A DNA stretch of 64,000 nt from the IMG/VR virus record IMGVR_UViG_3300026076_000002; one strand, given 5' to 3'. Every line of letters begins with the position of its first letter. The first letter of the stretch is position 1. The notes below the pieces were generated by a model. It saw nothing but the letters and a program-made list of their open reading frames with translations. It made no database searches and was not told the DNA's origin. Source of the DNA: a virus. This document shows positions 10,360 to 22,800 of this stretch, piece after piece. The translations under genes and the position numbers were made by a program.

Positions 10360-13300
10360 TGGGATTTCAGTTAGGATCTATAAATCGCCAATATAATTCT
10401 TTAACGGAAACCTTTAGGTATTCGTTTAATTTGACACATAAAGGAGATTCTATATTTCATAAGGAATTTGATGGATCCTCTACTTCTGAGGTTTTGTTAG
10501 GTGCTGATACGTTTGTAGTTAATAATCATTTTTATGTAACAGGTGAACCATTACATTACGAAGCAGGTGGTGGTGGAACTGCTATAGGTATAGATCCTAC
10601 TATTGGTATTGGTAACACACTACCTGAAAGAGTATTTGCTATTAAGATTGATGAGAATAAGATAAAGGTTGCAGAGACAGAAGCAGATGCTCATTCAGGA
10701 TCACCAATTAATATTATAACTGTAGGTGCTGGTACTACTCATTCATTTACAGCAGAGAAGCAGAATAGTAAGTGTATAATTGCATTGGATAATATGATCC
10801 AGTCTCCACTATATCAAAGACCTGGATATAATACTGTTTTAACTGGTGTAAACAATAGAATTATCACTGTTGAAAATGCACAGTTATTTAAAAACTATGA
10901 TCTTATAAAGATTGATGATGAAGTTTTAAGGATTTTAGTTGTAGGGTTCCAAGGTAATACTAACGATTTATTATGTGATCGTGGTTGGATGGGAACAAGA
11001 AATGAACCACATGCTGCTGGTTCTACTGTAGAGTTAGTATTGGGTGATTATAATATTGTAGATGATATACTTACTTTTGCTGATGTTCCTTTTGGTGGTA
11101 TTAAATTTAGTGCTGGTATATCATCAGAAGTAGTTGATGTAGCAAGTAATAGTTTTGTTGTATTAACTGATCTATTAGAAACAGGATCCTCTGTAAGGTT
11201 GGAAACTTTAGATCCGCCAGAACCATTAGTTGCTAATGAAGATTATTTCTTAATTAGAAACCAGCAAAATAGTTACTCATGGGCAGAAACACGTGATGAT
11301 GCATTAGCAGGTATTGCTATCACCATGACCAGTTCTGGTATTGGCACACATACTATTAGGTTGATTGATGTAGTAAATGGATCATCATTCCAAGGTAGAT
11401 CATTCATTAGATCTGACTATACTGGAAACATCGTAATGGATGATCTATCCCAAGAGTTTACTGGTATAGGTAAGACATTTACTTTAACAAGTGCTGGTGT
11501 TAATACTGTTGGTATAACAAGTGATTATGGTGTATTGCTAGTTAATAACATATTCCAAAAACCTGATACAGACTATGAGTTTATTGGCGGTCCTGTAACT
11601 GGTATTACATCTATTGAATATACTGGTAATAGTAAAGACCCAGTAGAAAGATATAGTTTAGATGATGTTAATGCTAATAATCTACCTAGAAGAGGATTGA
11701 TTGTTACTCTAGGTAATAGTCAGGGATTTGGATACCAACCACAATATACTGCTATTGGTACTGCTACAGTATCTGCTGCTGGTACTATAAGTAATGTTTG
11801 GGTTAAGTATGATGGTAGTGGTTATATAAACGGTCCTACAACATATGAGTTTAGGGTAGCAGGTGCTGGATCTACTGTTTCTGCTGCTGGTACTTTTAAT
11901 GTTGCAGACGGTCATATAGATCAGACTTGGTTAAATGAAGGTGGACAAGGGTTCTATACAGCAAGGGATATATCAGATTTTGATTATGACCATACAAGTG
12001 GTATTGCTACTATAACTGCTGTAGGTCATGAACTAAAACAAGGTAATACTATTAGTCTTGCAGGTATATCCTTAACATGCTATTACAGTCCAGGTAGAAC
12101 AATTACCAATGCAGACTATGATGGTGGCAGTGGTATTATGACTGTTACTACATCTTCGGATCATGGATTTAGTCTAGGTAAAGATGTTGTATTTGATGAT
12201 ATAAGACTTACTTGTGCATATACAGTATCAGGTGGATCAGATGCTTACCCAAGAACTACTGACCCATACTATAATGGCACTCCAGTATTAGAAATACTTT
12301 CACCTACACAATTTAAGGTTCAGGTAGGTCAGTCTACTATAGAGGCACACAGTTACCATTCAGGTGGTTTTGTGCAGGGAGTTCTATTTGCTCCTAGGGG
12401 TGGTGACTATGCTGGATCTAAGACTAATGTTATTAGAGTTATTGATAATGATACATTCACATGTCAAGTTGGTACTACAACAGAAAGACATTACTACAAA
12501 CGTGGCGGTAAACTATCAAAACCAGTTAAATGTGAGTTTGATGCCCCAGTTCCTTATGATGATCTACAACTCATAAGTTCAAGTACAGGTATAGGTGCAT
12601 CTGTATCAGTTGTCATTAATGATGCTAAACAGTTAGATAAATTTACTCTTGGTAATATAGGATTTGGATATACCTTTAGAGAAGAGTGTACTATTGCAGG
12701 TATTCCAACAACACCTGGTCTAGTATCACATCCAATTCAATCTGGTGGTGCTTATAACCATACCTTTGTTGGTGCTACTCCATATGGAGTTATTAGTGGT
12801 GGTGAGTATGAGCATGAGACTGTCAGTATTGAAGGTAATTCTTTAAGAGACGGTAGTTGGAATGGATCTGCTATTAGTCCTACTGATGTTTCATATAATC
12901 CCACTACAGGTGATGTTGAATATACATTAGCTGGTCATAGTTTAACTACAAGTGATAGTGTAGGTATCAGGACTGGTTCTATGGTCTTGAAATGTAGTAT
13001 GGATGGTAAAGAGACTCTCCATTCTTATCCTAGAGCAAGTGACCCAGTGGCAGGTGTCATCACTTCTATCACAGGTGTTACTACAGACACATTTACAGTT
13101 AATGTAGGTGCATCACAGACTGTAGGTCATCTCGTTAGTGGAGCAACTTACGATGCTACTACTGGTGATATGGTCATGTCTATTGGTTCCCACACATTAC
13201 GTGGTGGATCTACACATTCCTTAACAACTGCTGCATATAATCCTAACACTGGTATAATTACATGTACGATATCCAATCATGGATTCACTGTTGGTGAACG

Positions 13301-15278
13301 AATCAAATTCGTTGATGAGTCATTAACCTTTAAATGTGCAAAGGACAACTATGGTACAGAACACAATTATCCAAGATCTTCTGATCCTTACAGCAACCAG
13401 TGGCTTAGCATATCTAACATCACTGCTAATAGCTTCGAGGTTGAAGTACTCAAGGTAACACCTTCAACTAACGTATCAGATCATATATTCCAAGAGTCAA
13501 GTGCTGACTGTATTATTAAGGGTGGTGAATCTTTAAGATTCATGCCAGAAAGTATCACCTTCACATGTGATATGGATGGTAATGCCAGTGAGCATAGTTA
13601 TCCTAGATCAACAGATCCATTCTACAATACAGCATGTCCTATAGTATCTGTTGCTGGCACTACAGTAACAGTTAATGTAGGAAGATCTCCTCATGTTCAG
13701 CATAGGGTTAATGATGCTACTTATAGTGGTGATACAGGTTTATTAAGTTTAAATATAGGTTCACATAGTCTTAAAACAGGAACTAATGTATTCGTAAGGA
13801 ATAACTCCTTATGGTTTACATGTGCTAAAGATGAGTATGGTAGTGCTCATTCATATCCTAGATCAGGTATAGATCAAATATCTGGTATAGGTACTCAAAT
13901 AACATCTGTAGGTGGATCTACTATAGAATTAGATGTTGGCATGCCAGAAGCAGGTGAAAGGTATACTCATGAGTATCTTGGAAGTGATTTAGAAGAACCT
14001 AAGTTTACTATTAGTGAAGTAAGAGACGATGAGTTTGCTGGATGGGTTCTTGGTAAGTTACAAATATTAGATGACTTCTCACATCAGTTTAACGGTAGAA
14101 GAAGAACCTTTACTATTCATGAAAATGGTAAACCATTATCTATCGAGAAATTAGAAGGTTCTCCAATTAGTTTAGAAGATGTATTATTAATCTTCATTAA
14201 TGATATACTACAGGATCCTGGTGTTGCATATACGTTTGATGGTGGTACTAGATTAACGTTTACTGAACCACCAGTTGCAGGGTCTAGTTTACAAATACTA
14301 TTCTATAGGGGTACTGATTCAGACGTTAGTGACTCAACATCATTACAGACAGTTAAACCTGGTGATAAATTAACTATACAAAAACGTAATGGAACAGTAA
14401 ATCCAGTAAAACAGGATGGTAGAATTATTAGAGATATCATTAGTAGAGATAGTGTATTAACTACTCTATACAATGGTGTTGGTATATCTTCAGAACCTCA
14501 ACCACTTAGACCAGTTACATGGTGTAAGCAAACTGAGGATATGGTTATTTCTGGTATTAAGATACATAAAACCCGTGACATGTTGAGGTCTAGAGTAAGA
14601 CCTGTAACTAGATTGATACAGGGTATTACTTCAAGTACCAATACATTCTATGGTTATGGTGGCAGTTTGGTATTCAGTAAGACTGAAGAACCAGATACTG
14701 CTGAGTTTGATATTAAAATTGTAGATGAAAATGCAGAAGATACATCCACTATTGAGACAGTAACTGGTTGTGAAGTACTTGGTGATGAAGGTATTATTAC
14801 TGGTGTAGGATGTACTGCTGATGCATTACAGTTTGAATTCTATATTCCATTAGAATCTCCATTAAGAATTAATGAGTTTGGTGGAATATTGAAGACTGGT
14901 ATTAGTACAGGTGATTACTTTGTTGTTTCCAACAGTAATGTTGGTTCAGGTGTAACAGCAGTTGGTGTTGGTACTACATCTGTTATTGGAGTCGCTACTT
15001 CATTCCTAGATTCTGTCTATCAAGTTAGTCATCTTGAGGTGGTAGGAACGGGTAAGACTATGCGTATACATACTAATGTCCAAGATAATCATGGACTGTC
15101 CTTTGTAGGACTAAGTTCTGGTGCTGGAAATACTTATGGTTCCTTCAGTTGGGCGAAGTTTACTTCATCCAGAGCTGGTGGATTTGAGCAATCAGTCACC
15201 ACAAATAATGGTCTAGTAGGTCTGTCAACAGCACCGCAGTTGATCAGAACCACACACTTACTAGATTCTTACACATAA
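10359..15278 (+). CDS. large virion structural protein (1639 aa) with C-x2-D...HxYPR repeats
   Basis: Coupled to g7-like by TAATG overlap; Gly/Thr/Ser-rich; internal repeats; lies in the baseplate operon. Confidence 0.75.
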   Translation: MGFQLGSINRQYNSLTETFRYSFNLTHKGDSIFHKEFDGSSTSEVLLGADTFVVNNHFYVTGEPLHYEAGGGGTAIGIDPTIGIGNTLPERVFAIKIDENKIKVAETEADAHSGSPINIITVGAGTTHSFTAEKQNSKCIIALDNMIQSPLYQRPGYNTVLTGVNNRIITVENAQLFKNYDLIKIDDEVLRILVVGFQGNTNDLLCDRGWMGTRNEPHAAGSTVELVLGDYNIVDDILTFADVPFGGIKFSAGISSEVVDVASNSFVVLTDLLETGSSVRLETLDPPEPLVANEDYFLIRNQQNSYSWAETRDDALAGIAITMTSSGIGTHTIRLIDVVNGSSFQGRSFIRSDYTGNIVMDDLSQEFTGIGKTFTLTSAGVNTVGITSDYGVLLVNNIFQKPDTDYEFIGGPVTGITSIEYTGNSKDPVERYSLDDVNANNLPRRGLIVTLGNSQGFGYQPQYTAIGTATVSAAGTISNVWVKYDGSGYINGPTTYEFRVAGAGSTVSAAGTFNVADGHIDQTWLNEGGQGFYTARDISDFDYDHTSGIATITAVGHELKQGNTISLAGISLTCYYSPGRTITNADYDGGSGIMTVTTSSDHGFSLGKDVVFDDIRLTCAYTVSGGSDAYPRTTDPYYNGTPVLEILSPTQFKVQVGQSTIEAHSYHSGGFVQGVLFAPRGGDYAGSKTNVIRVIDNDTFTCQVGTTTERHYYKRGGKLSKPVKCEFDAPVPYDDLQLISSSTGIGASVSVVINDAKQLDKFTLGNIGFGYTFREECTIAGIPTTPGLVSHPIQSGGAYNHTFVGATPYGVISGGEYEHETVSIEGNSLRDGSWNGSAISPTDVSYNPTTGDVEYTLAGHSLTTSDSVGIRTGSMVLKCSMDGKETLHSYPRASDPVAGVITSITGVTTDTFTVNVGASQTVGHLVSGATYDATTGDMVMSIGSHTLRGGSTHSLTTAAYNPNTGIITCTISNHGFTVGERIKFVDESLTFKCAKDNYGTEHNYPRSSDPYSNQWLSISNITANSFEVEVLKVTPSTNVSDHIFQESSADCIIKGGESLRFMPESITFTCDMDGNASEHSYPRSTDPFYNTACPIVSVAGTTVTVNVGRSPHVQHRVNDATYSGDTGLLSLNIGSHSLKTGTNVFVRNNSLWFTCAKDEYGSAHSYPRSGIDQISGIGTQITSVGGSTIELDVGMPEAGERYTHEYLGSDLEEPKFTISEVRDDEFAGWVLGKLQILDDFSHQFNGRRRTFTIHENGKPLSIEKLEGSPISLEDVLLIFINDILQDPGVAYTFDGGTRLTFTEPPVAGSSLQILFYRGTDSDVSDSTSLQTVKPGDKLTIQKRNGTVNPVKQDGRIIRDIISRDSVLTTLYNGVGISSEPQPLRPVTWCKQTEDMVISGIKIHKTRDMLRSRVRPVTRLIQGITSSTNTFYGYGGSLVFSKTEEPDTAEFDIKIVDENAEDTSTIETVTGCEVLGDEGIITGVGCTADALQFEFYIPLESPLRINEFGGILKTGISTGDYFVVSNSNVGSGVTAVGVGTTSVIGVATSFLDSVYQVSHLEVVGTGKTMRIHTNVQDNHGLSFVGLSSGAGNTYGSFSWAKFTSSRAGGFEQSVTTNNGLVGLSTAPQLIRTTHLLDSYT

Positions 15279-15281
15279 ATA
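15274..15281 (+). promoter_or_regulatory. putative T4-type late promoter
   Basis: CATAAATA about 20 nt upstream of the g8 start. Confidence 0.6.
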
Positions 15282-15301
15282 AACAAAAATAGTCTAACGA
15301 G

Positions 15302-16834
15302 ATGCCAGCGATCATAACTGATCAGATTAGAGTTTTGAATGCGTCTAATTTCGTCAGTGGAATTTCAACTGATACTAATAGCTATTACGTCTTCATTGGT
15401 TTGCCAAACGCAACCGATGTAAAAGCGGATTGGAATACTAATACCCCAACACCCGTTGATAATTTTAATAACTCATCAGATTGGTTTGAAACTCTGATTG
15501 CAGCTAAAAAGATTACTTCAACAGATGTTCTTAGAGTTATACCAAAAATAGAATGGACTAATGGTGCAATCTATGACATGTATAGGCATGACTATAGTGT
15601 TGACAATACAGATAGACCAGTCAACTTGTATAAAGCCGCACGTTATTATGTGATGAACTCTGATTACAGAGTATATGAGTGCATATATAACGGTGCTGCC
15701 CCTTCCAATTTGGGCAAGGGTATAGTATCATTAGAAGAACCTACCCACACCGACCTTCAACCAAAACTAGAAAGCGATGGATACATCTGGAAATACCTTT
15801 ATACAATTAAACCAGCTGAAATCGTTAAGTTTGACAGTGTTGAATACATTCCAGTCCCAACTAACTGGGTGGAGAATTCCTCCGTATCAGCTGTTAGAAA
15901 TGCTGCTGTAAATGGTAAGATTGAAGTAATCACCATTGATGACGTATCAAGTGCAGCATACCAGTATGCTGGTGTACTAAACAATGTACCTATAGAAGGT
16001 GATGGTTTTGATGGTATGGCATCTGTTGAGTTTACTGATGGTAAACCAACTAATGTACAAGTAACTGATGGTGGAAGAGATTATACATTTGGAACATTAA
16101 ACTTAAGTAATCTAGTATCTGGATCTGGTGCAGAATTTTCGGTAATCATACCTCCTCCAGGTGGACATGGTGCTGATATATACAGGGAACTTGGCGTTTA
16201 CCACGTACTTGTATATACAAGACTTGAAAATAGTGATGTAACAAACCCTGACTTACCTATTGGTAACCAGTTCTCACGAATTGGTATTATAAAAAATCCC
16301 GAAATTAATGGTACAACTAACCTTCTCACAGATACACTGGCATCAGGCGTTTATGGTCTACGTCTTACTGGATCTTCTGCTGGAAGTTTATCTGTACAGA
16401 CAGATGGTATCGTCACTCAAACGATAGGTATTGGTTCTACTGCTGTTGGAAAAGTAGTTTCATATGACACTACAACGAATATTTTAAAGTTCTGGCAAGA
16501 TAGATCACTTGCTACAGATAGCGTTACTGCTGGAATTCCCGCTTACGGTTACCGTCTAAATAGATTCACGAGCACCCCAGATACGGGTGGTAGCACCAAC
16601 GTTGTTATTACTACAACAACGGGTACTGAAACTCTTGCCATTGATACTAATTACAATGGTGATTCAGGACTTGTGAACTCAAAGACCTATTACTTTGGTC
16701 AAAACTTCACAAAAGGTCTTGCTGAACCTGAGATTAAACAACATTCTGGAGACATTATCTACGTAGATAATAGACCCGAAGTGACTAGAGCAGAAAATCA
16801 GCGAGAAGATATTAAAATCGTTCTAGAATTCTGA
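15302..16834 (+). CDS. g8: baseplate wedge subunit gp8
   Basis: MPAIITDQIR, SDGYIWKYLYTI and C-terminal SGDIIYVDNR..QREDIKIVLEF motifs. Confidence 0.92.
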   Translation: MPAIITDQIRVLNASNFVSGISTDTNSYYVFIGLPNATDVKADWNTNTPTPVDNFNNSSDWFETLIAAKKITSTDVLRVIPKIEWTNGAIYDMYRHDYSVDNTDRPVNLYKAARYYVMNSDYRVYECIYNGAAPSNLGKGIVSLEEPTHTDLQPKLESDGYIWKYLYTIKPAEIVKFDSVEYIPVPTNWVENSSVSAVRNAAVNGKIEVITIDDVSSAAYQYAGVLNNVPIEGDGFDGMASVEFTDGKPTNVQVTDGGRDYTFGTLNLSNLVSGSGAEFSVIIPPPGGHGADIYRELGVYHVLVYTRLENSDVTNPDLPIGNQFSRIGIIKNPEINGTTNLLTDTLASGVYGLRLTGSSAGSLSVQTDGIVTQTIGIGSTAVGKVVSYDTTTNILKFWQDRSLATDSVTAGIPAYGYRLNRFTSTPDTGGSTNVVITTTTGTETLAIDTNYNGDSGLVNSKTYYFGQNFTKGLAEPEIKQHSGDIIYVDNRPEVTRAENQREDIKIVLEF

Positions 16835-19800
16835 TGCCACAGAATACCAACCTAAACGTCAATCCATATTTTGACGATTTTGACAAGGATAAAAACTTTA
16901 GTCGAGTTCTCTTTAAGCCTGGTGTACCAGTTCAGGCAAGGGAACTAAGCACCCTTCAATCTATTCTACAGAATCAGGTTGAACAATTTGGTAAGCATTT
17001 TTTCAAAGAAGGTAGTGTAGTAATTCCAGGATCAGTGGCATATGATCCTAATTTCCATGCTGTCAAGATAGAGCAAACATTTTTTGGTGTACCAGTAGAA
17101 TTATATTACGAAAATATTATAGGAAAGACTATTAAGGGTAAGAGTTCAGGTATTACTGCTATTGTTAAGAAAGTATTACCTAAAGCACAGTCTGTAGAAG
17201 GAGAAACAACGATATATGTTAAGTATCTAAAGTCATCTGAGCAAGATTTTGGAACACAACAGTTCCTAGATGGTGAGAACTTACTTACTTTAGAAGATTT
17301 TACATACGGAACTACAACCATTGAAAATGGTTCTGACTTTGCAACTTGTATTGCTACTAATGCAACTGATACTGGATCAGCATTTAGTGTGACTGCTGGT
17401 GTCTTCTTTGCTAGAGGAACCTTTATTAGTGTAACTTCTGAGACTCTTTTATTAGATCAGTATTCCAATACTCCTTCGTATAGGGTTGGATTCTACGTTA
17501 AAGAAGAAGTTGTAACAGCAGTTGATGATGAATCATTGTATGATAATGCTGCTGGATATAATAACTATACAAGTCCAGGTGCTGATAGATTTAAGATATC
17601 ATTAAGTCTATACAAGAAAGACCTACAAGATTTCCAAGACGAGAACTTCATTGAACTCTTTAGAGTACGTGAAGGTCAGACTAGAAAGTTAATCAATACA
17701 ACCATTTATAATGAACTTGCTAAAGAATTAGCACGTAGGACTTATGATGAGTCTGGTGATTATTATGTTAGAAACTTTGATTTATATGCTAAAGAATCTT
17801 TAAATGATAGACACCAGAAATTTGGTGTGTATTATAAAGATGAGGTAACAGATCAAGGTAATAATCCATCATATGACTTGATGGAAATTCAAGTTGGACC
17901 TGGTAAAGCATATGTTCGTGGATTTGAGGTAGAGAATTTAGGTAACCAATTTATTGATGTACCTAAACCTAGAACTACTGGATTAATAGAACAGGCTGCT
18001 GTTCCATTCCAAGCAGGTAACATGATTCATGTTAACAACTGCTTTGGTGCTCCTCAGATAGGTCTTGCTACAGATGAGTTTATTGATTTACGTGATGAAC
18101 GGTTAGGTTCTACTAAATCAACTGCTGCTGGTAATAGTATTGGTAGAGCAAGGATATATGACTTTAAATCTAATGCTGCTGCATATGCTGACAATGCTTC
18201 AGTATTTGATCTATACCTATTTGATGTTCAGACTGATACTAAACTGACTCTTAATCAGGCAGTAACAGTTAATACCCCTGCTGTTATAGAAGGTAAGAGT
18301 TCAGGTGCTAGAGGATATCTAAGAACTGATGCTGGTGGTGTTGTTGATATCACATTACACCAAATATCTGGATCATTCATAGAGGATGAACAGATTACTA
18401 TTAATGGTGTTAATGATGGACGTACAATTAGTGATATTACAGAGTACGATGTAAGTTCTATTAAGTCTGTAAGATCAGATAATTCTGGTGATATATTTGC
18501 TGCTGATACTGAGTTAGTTGTTAAGCATAACTTTGGTGCTCAAGGATTTACTATTACTGCTGCATCTGGCAGTGAGTCTACAGTTACCAGTGGTGTTAAG
18601 GGTTGGAAGTCACATGCTAAAGTTGGAGATATAATTGCTTATCAAAGTGATGGTGGAGATGCTATTGCCTTTAATAGAGTTAAAGAAATAAGTGCAACTG
18701 GTCAAAGTCTTACTGTAGAAGCAGTTGAGTCTGTTACTAATGTATGTCTTGGTGCTCTTCCTACAAGTGCATTGACTGGTGTTAATCTACAGGTAATGGG
18801 ACCTAGGTTTGACTTATCTAAGAGTGCATACTTATATGCAGATATGCCTAGGGAGTTTATCGAGTCTATTGACTTAACATCTTCTGATATATTTGTAAGG
18901 AAGACTGAAGATGGACTTGCTACCAATTCCCAAGGTGTATTAGATCTACCTAGTTTGTCAGGTGGTGACTTTGTTTATGCAGCATTTGATGAAGAAAGAT
19001 ATGTTCTACATTATTCAGATGGTAGTATAGAACCATTAACACCTGATCAGTTTACGATGGGTGCTAATGCTAAGAGTGCTACTATTTCTGGATTGACTGC
19101 TAGTCAAACTGGTGTAGAAGCTATTGTTACTCTTCAGAAAGGTAAGGTATCTTCTAAAACTAAGACACTTAAGCGTTGTCAGTCTTTAGTAGTTAATAAG
19201 TCTAAGTATAATCATTCTGGTATTACTACAGGTATTACTGATGGTTTAGATTTCAACCCATCATACGGTTTAAGAGTTCAGGACAATGAGATTTCATTAA
19301 ATGTTCCTGATGTTATTAAGGTTCATGGTGTATTTGAATCTTCAGGACCTGGTGATGCAACAGTACCTTCATTGGTTCTTAATAGTTTAAATGGACCTAA
19401 TGCTAATGTTGATGATATATTTGTAGGTGAAATTATTGTTGGTAAGAAGTCTGGTGCTTCTGCTATTGTTGTAGCAAAGACAGGTACTTCTCAAGTATAC
19501 ATCGTTAATAAGAACAAGTATGTGTTCAAAGAGACTGAGGACATTGAGTTCTTAGAATCTGGTGTTACAGGTAATGTTGGTGAATCTAACTTAGGTGATA
19601 GAAACATCTTAAATGCATTTACCTTAGATAATGGACAAAGAACTGATTACTATGACTTCTCCAGATTGATTAGAAAGCGTGGTCAATTAGAACCATCTAA
19701 GAGACTTACAATATTCTATGATGTCTATGTTATAGACTCACTTGATAATGGTGATATTATAACCGTTAATAGTTACGGAAAAGAGAATTATGAATTTAAT

Positions 19801-22800
19801 GTACCATCCTTCCAAGGACGTAGAAACACTGACATACTTGACTTTAGGCCAAGAGTTGCTAATTACACAGGTAGTAAGTCTCCTTTTGAGTTTGAAGCAA
19901 GAGATTTCAGTTCTGGCGGTCAGATACCAAATGTTATTGTATCCGATGAGAACTGCTTATTCGATTACAACTACTATCAACCAAGGATTGATAGACTTTA
20001 TGTTAACAAGAATAAGACCTTCACAGTTAACCAAGGTGAACCATCTGATAAACCAGTTGCACCTGAGAAGATTGACACTTCATTTGAACTTGCTACCATT
20101 GTTTACAAACCTTATGTTATTGACGTAACTAAGGATGTAGTAATACAATTAAAGGCAAACAGACGCTACACCATGAAGGATATTGGTGGTCTGGAAGATC
20201 GTATTGAGAATCTAGAATACTATACATCATTATCTCTACTAGAATCTAAGACAGAATCACTACTTATTCAAGATCCTGATACAGGACTTGATAGGTTTAA
20301 GTCTGGATTTGTAGTTGATAACTTTGATACTAAGCAGTTATCTGATACTGAACCCAAGCATGATGTTGCTAGTGGTGTATTAGTTCCTCAACGTTACTTT
20401 GATACTGTTGACTTATTAGTAGGTTCTGAATCATTAATTGGTGCTACAGGTACACCAGACCTTAGTGTTGACCCTAGATATGCACAAGATTTAGGATCAC
20501 CAAATATCACTAAGGATAATAATAATGTGATGCTGTCATATAGCGAGACAGATGATAGAGTACAACCATTTGCTTCTAGAGTAGAAAATATAAACCCATA
20601 TACTGTCTTTGACTGGAAAGGTGTAATGACCTTGAATCCAGAATCTGATGTATTCATTAGGTCAGAGTCTGTATCATCTGATGGTGGATTTGGATTCAAT
20701 AATACTACTATAACCACAGAACGTAATATTACTGATATGCGTTCTCAGAATATTGCATTTACTGCTTCTAGACTGAAACCTGGCACTGAGCACTTTGCTT
20801 CATTTTCCAACGTAGATCTAAGTGGTGAACGTGCATTAGTAGTTCCTAAGTATCTTGAAGTTACACCTGTACAAGGTGCATTCCAGATTGGAGAAACTAT
20901 TATAGGTAAAGCAATAGGTACTCAAGATAGTAATAGTATTGCTGATATCAGATTTAGACTTGCACAACCAAACCATAAAGATGGTCCTTTTAATGCTCCT
21001 TCATTAACACTTGCCAAGTCTCCTTACAGTGATACTACATTAGCAGCATCTTATAGTGATACATCAACTATTCTCAACATTGATATAAACAGTCTTAACC
21101 AAAAGTCTGATGAAAGATTCTATGGTTTTGTTACTGTTGGCATGCAGTTAGTTGGTGAAACAACTGGTGCAGAAGCAACTATAAGTGCTGTACGTTTAAT
21201 TTCAGATTCTAATGGTGCTTTATTAGGTTCTATACATTTACCACCTGATAATCCATCATTTGAGAATGGTACAAATACTGCTGTATTGGTGTCAACTAAG
21301 GCGAATGATAAGATACCTGGACGTAAGACTTCTAGTGCTACTGCTAACTTTACATCAAGAGGAACTCTTGTTACAGAGACTACGATAGTAAGAACTGCAC
21401 CACCCCCACCTCCACCACCAATTATTATAATAATAGAACCGCCAGCACCCCCCGATCCCCCACCTCCACCACCGCCACCAGAGCCTGAGATAGAGGATGA
21501 TGATGACCCATTGGCACAGAGTTTCCAAGTAGAGGAACCTAATGGTATATTCATGACATCTGTTGACCTTTACTTCCAAAGTAAGGGTGCAACTGCTCCT
21601 GTGGAATTAAGGATAGTTACATTGGAAAATGGATATCCTACAAGGAAGATGATGAAGAATGCTTCTGTAACATTAGAACCTGAAGCAATTGAAGTATCAA
21701 ATGATGCGTCTGTATTAACAAACTTTAAGTTTCCTAATCCAATATACCTCCCTTCTGGTGAGTATGCATTTGTAGTCATCACAACAACTGATGAGTACAA
21801 CTTGTGGATCTCTCAAGTTGGTGAAGAGGATATTAAGACAAGAAACCTACCTGAATTACAGAAGGTTATTATTGACAAGCAACCAACTCTAGGTTCTCTA
21901 TTCAAGGCACAGAATGCTTCCACATGGACTGCATCTCAACTTGAAGACCTTAAGTATACATCACATAAAGCGAAGTTCGTTACAGAAACTGCTGCTTTCA
22001 GATTGTATAACCCAGAACTTAGAACGTTCGCTGATAGAAATAGACTTAAGGAAAATCCAATTGATATCTTCTCTAAGAGGATAACTCTAGGTTTAACCTC
22101 ATCTATAACATATGCTAACAACCCAGATATAGTTGTTGGTACACAAATCAAACAGGAGAATAGATCTTCTACTGGATTTGTTGAAAGAGTTAATGGTCCT
22201 ATGGGACTACATGATACTGGTATCAATATCACTAAGGCTGGTATTGGATACTCAGCAGGTACTTACGGTAGTGTAAACTTCATTACTAAGACAGGTTCTG
22301 GTACTGGTGCTGTTGGTATAGTAACTGTTTCTGCTGGTGGTATAACCAAGGTATGTGTTACCAATTCTGGTACAGGATACAATGTTGGTGATACACTGAC
22401 TGCTGAATTAGGAACAACTGGTGCAAATTCTGTATTAACTGTTGGAGTAGTTACTGCTACTAACCAATTAGTTCTTGCTAATTGTGAAGGAGTTGACTTC
22501 AATAGTTCAGATCAGTTACAGTATGTTGTTGAATCAAGTGGTGCTACAAATACACTAACATCTATAGTTCCAGCAACAATCAATGTTAACTCAGATGAGT
22601 TTGATGGTAAGCACTTCAGGGTATCTCATGATAACCATGGTATGCATGCTGAAAACAATAGAGTTGAAATTATAGGTGTATCTGGTGATTCTATCCCAAC
22701 TAAAATTACTGCTGGTTATGCAGTAAGTTCTACTGATGCTATTGGTATTGGTAATTCTATGGGATTCAACTGGTTTGAAGGGGCACAAGTTGAACCAAGC

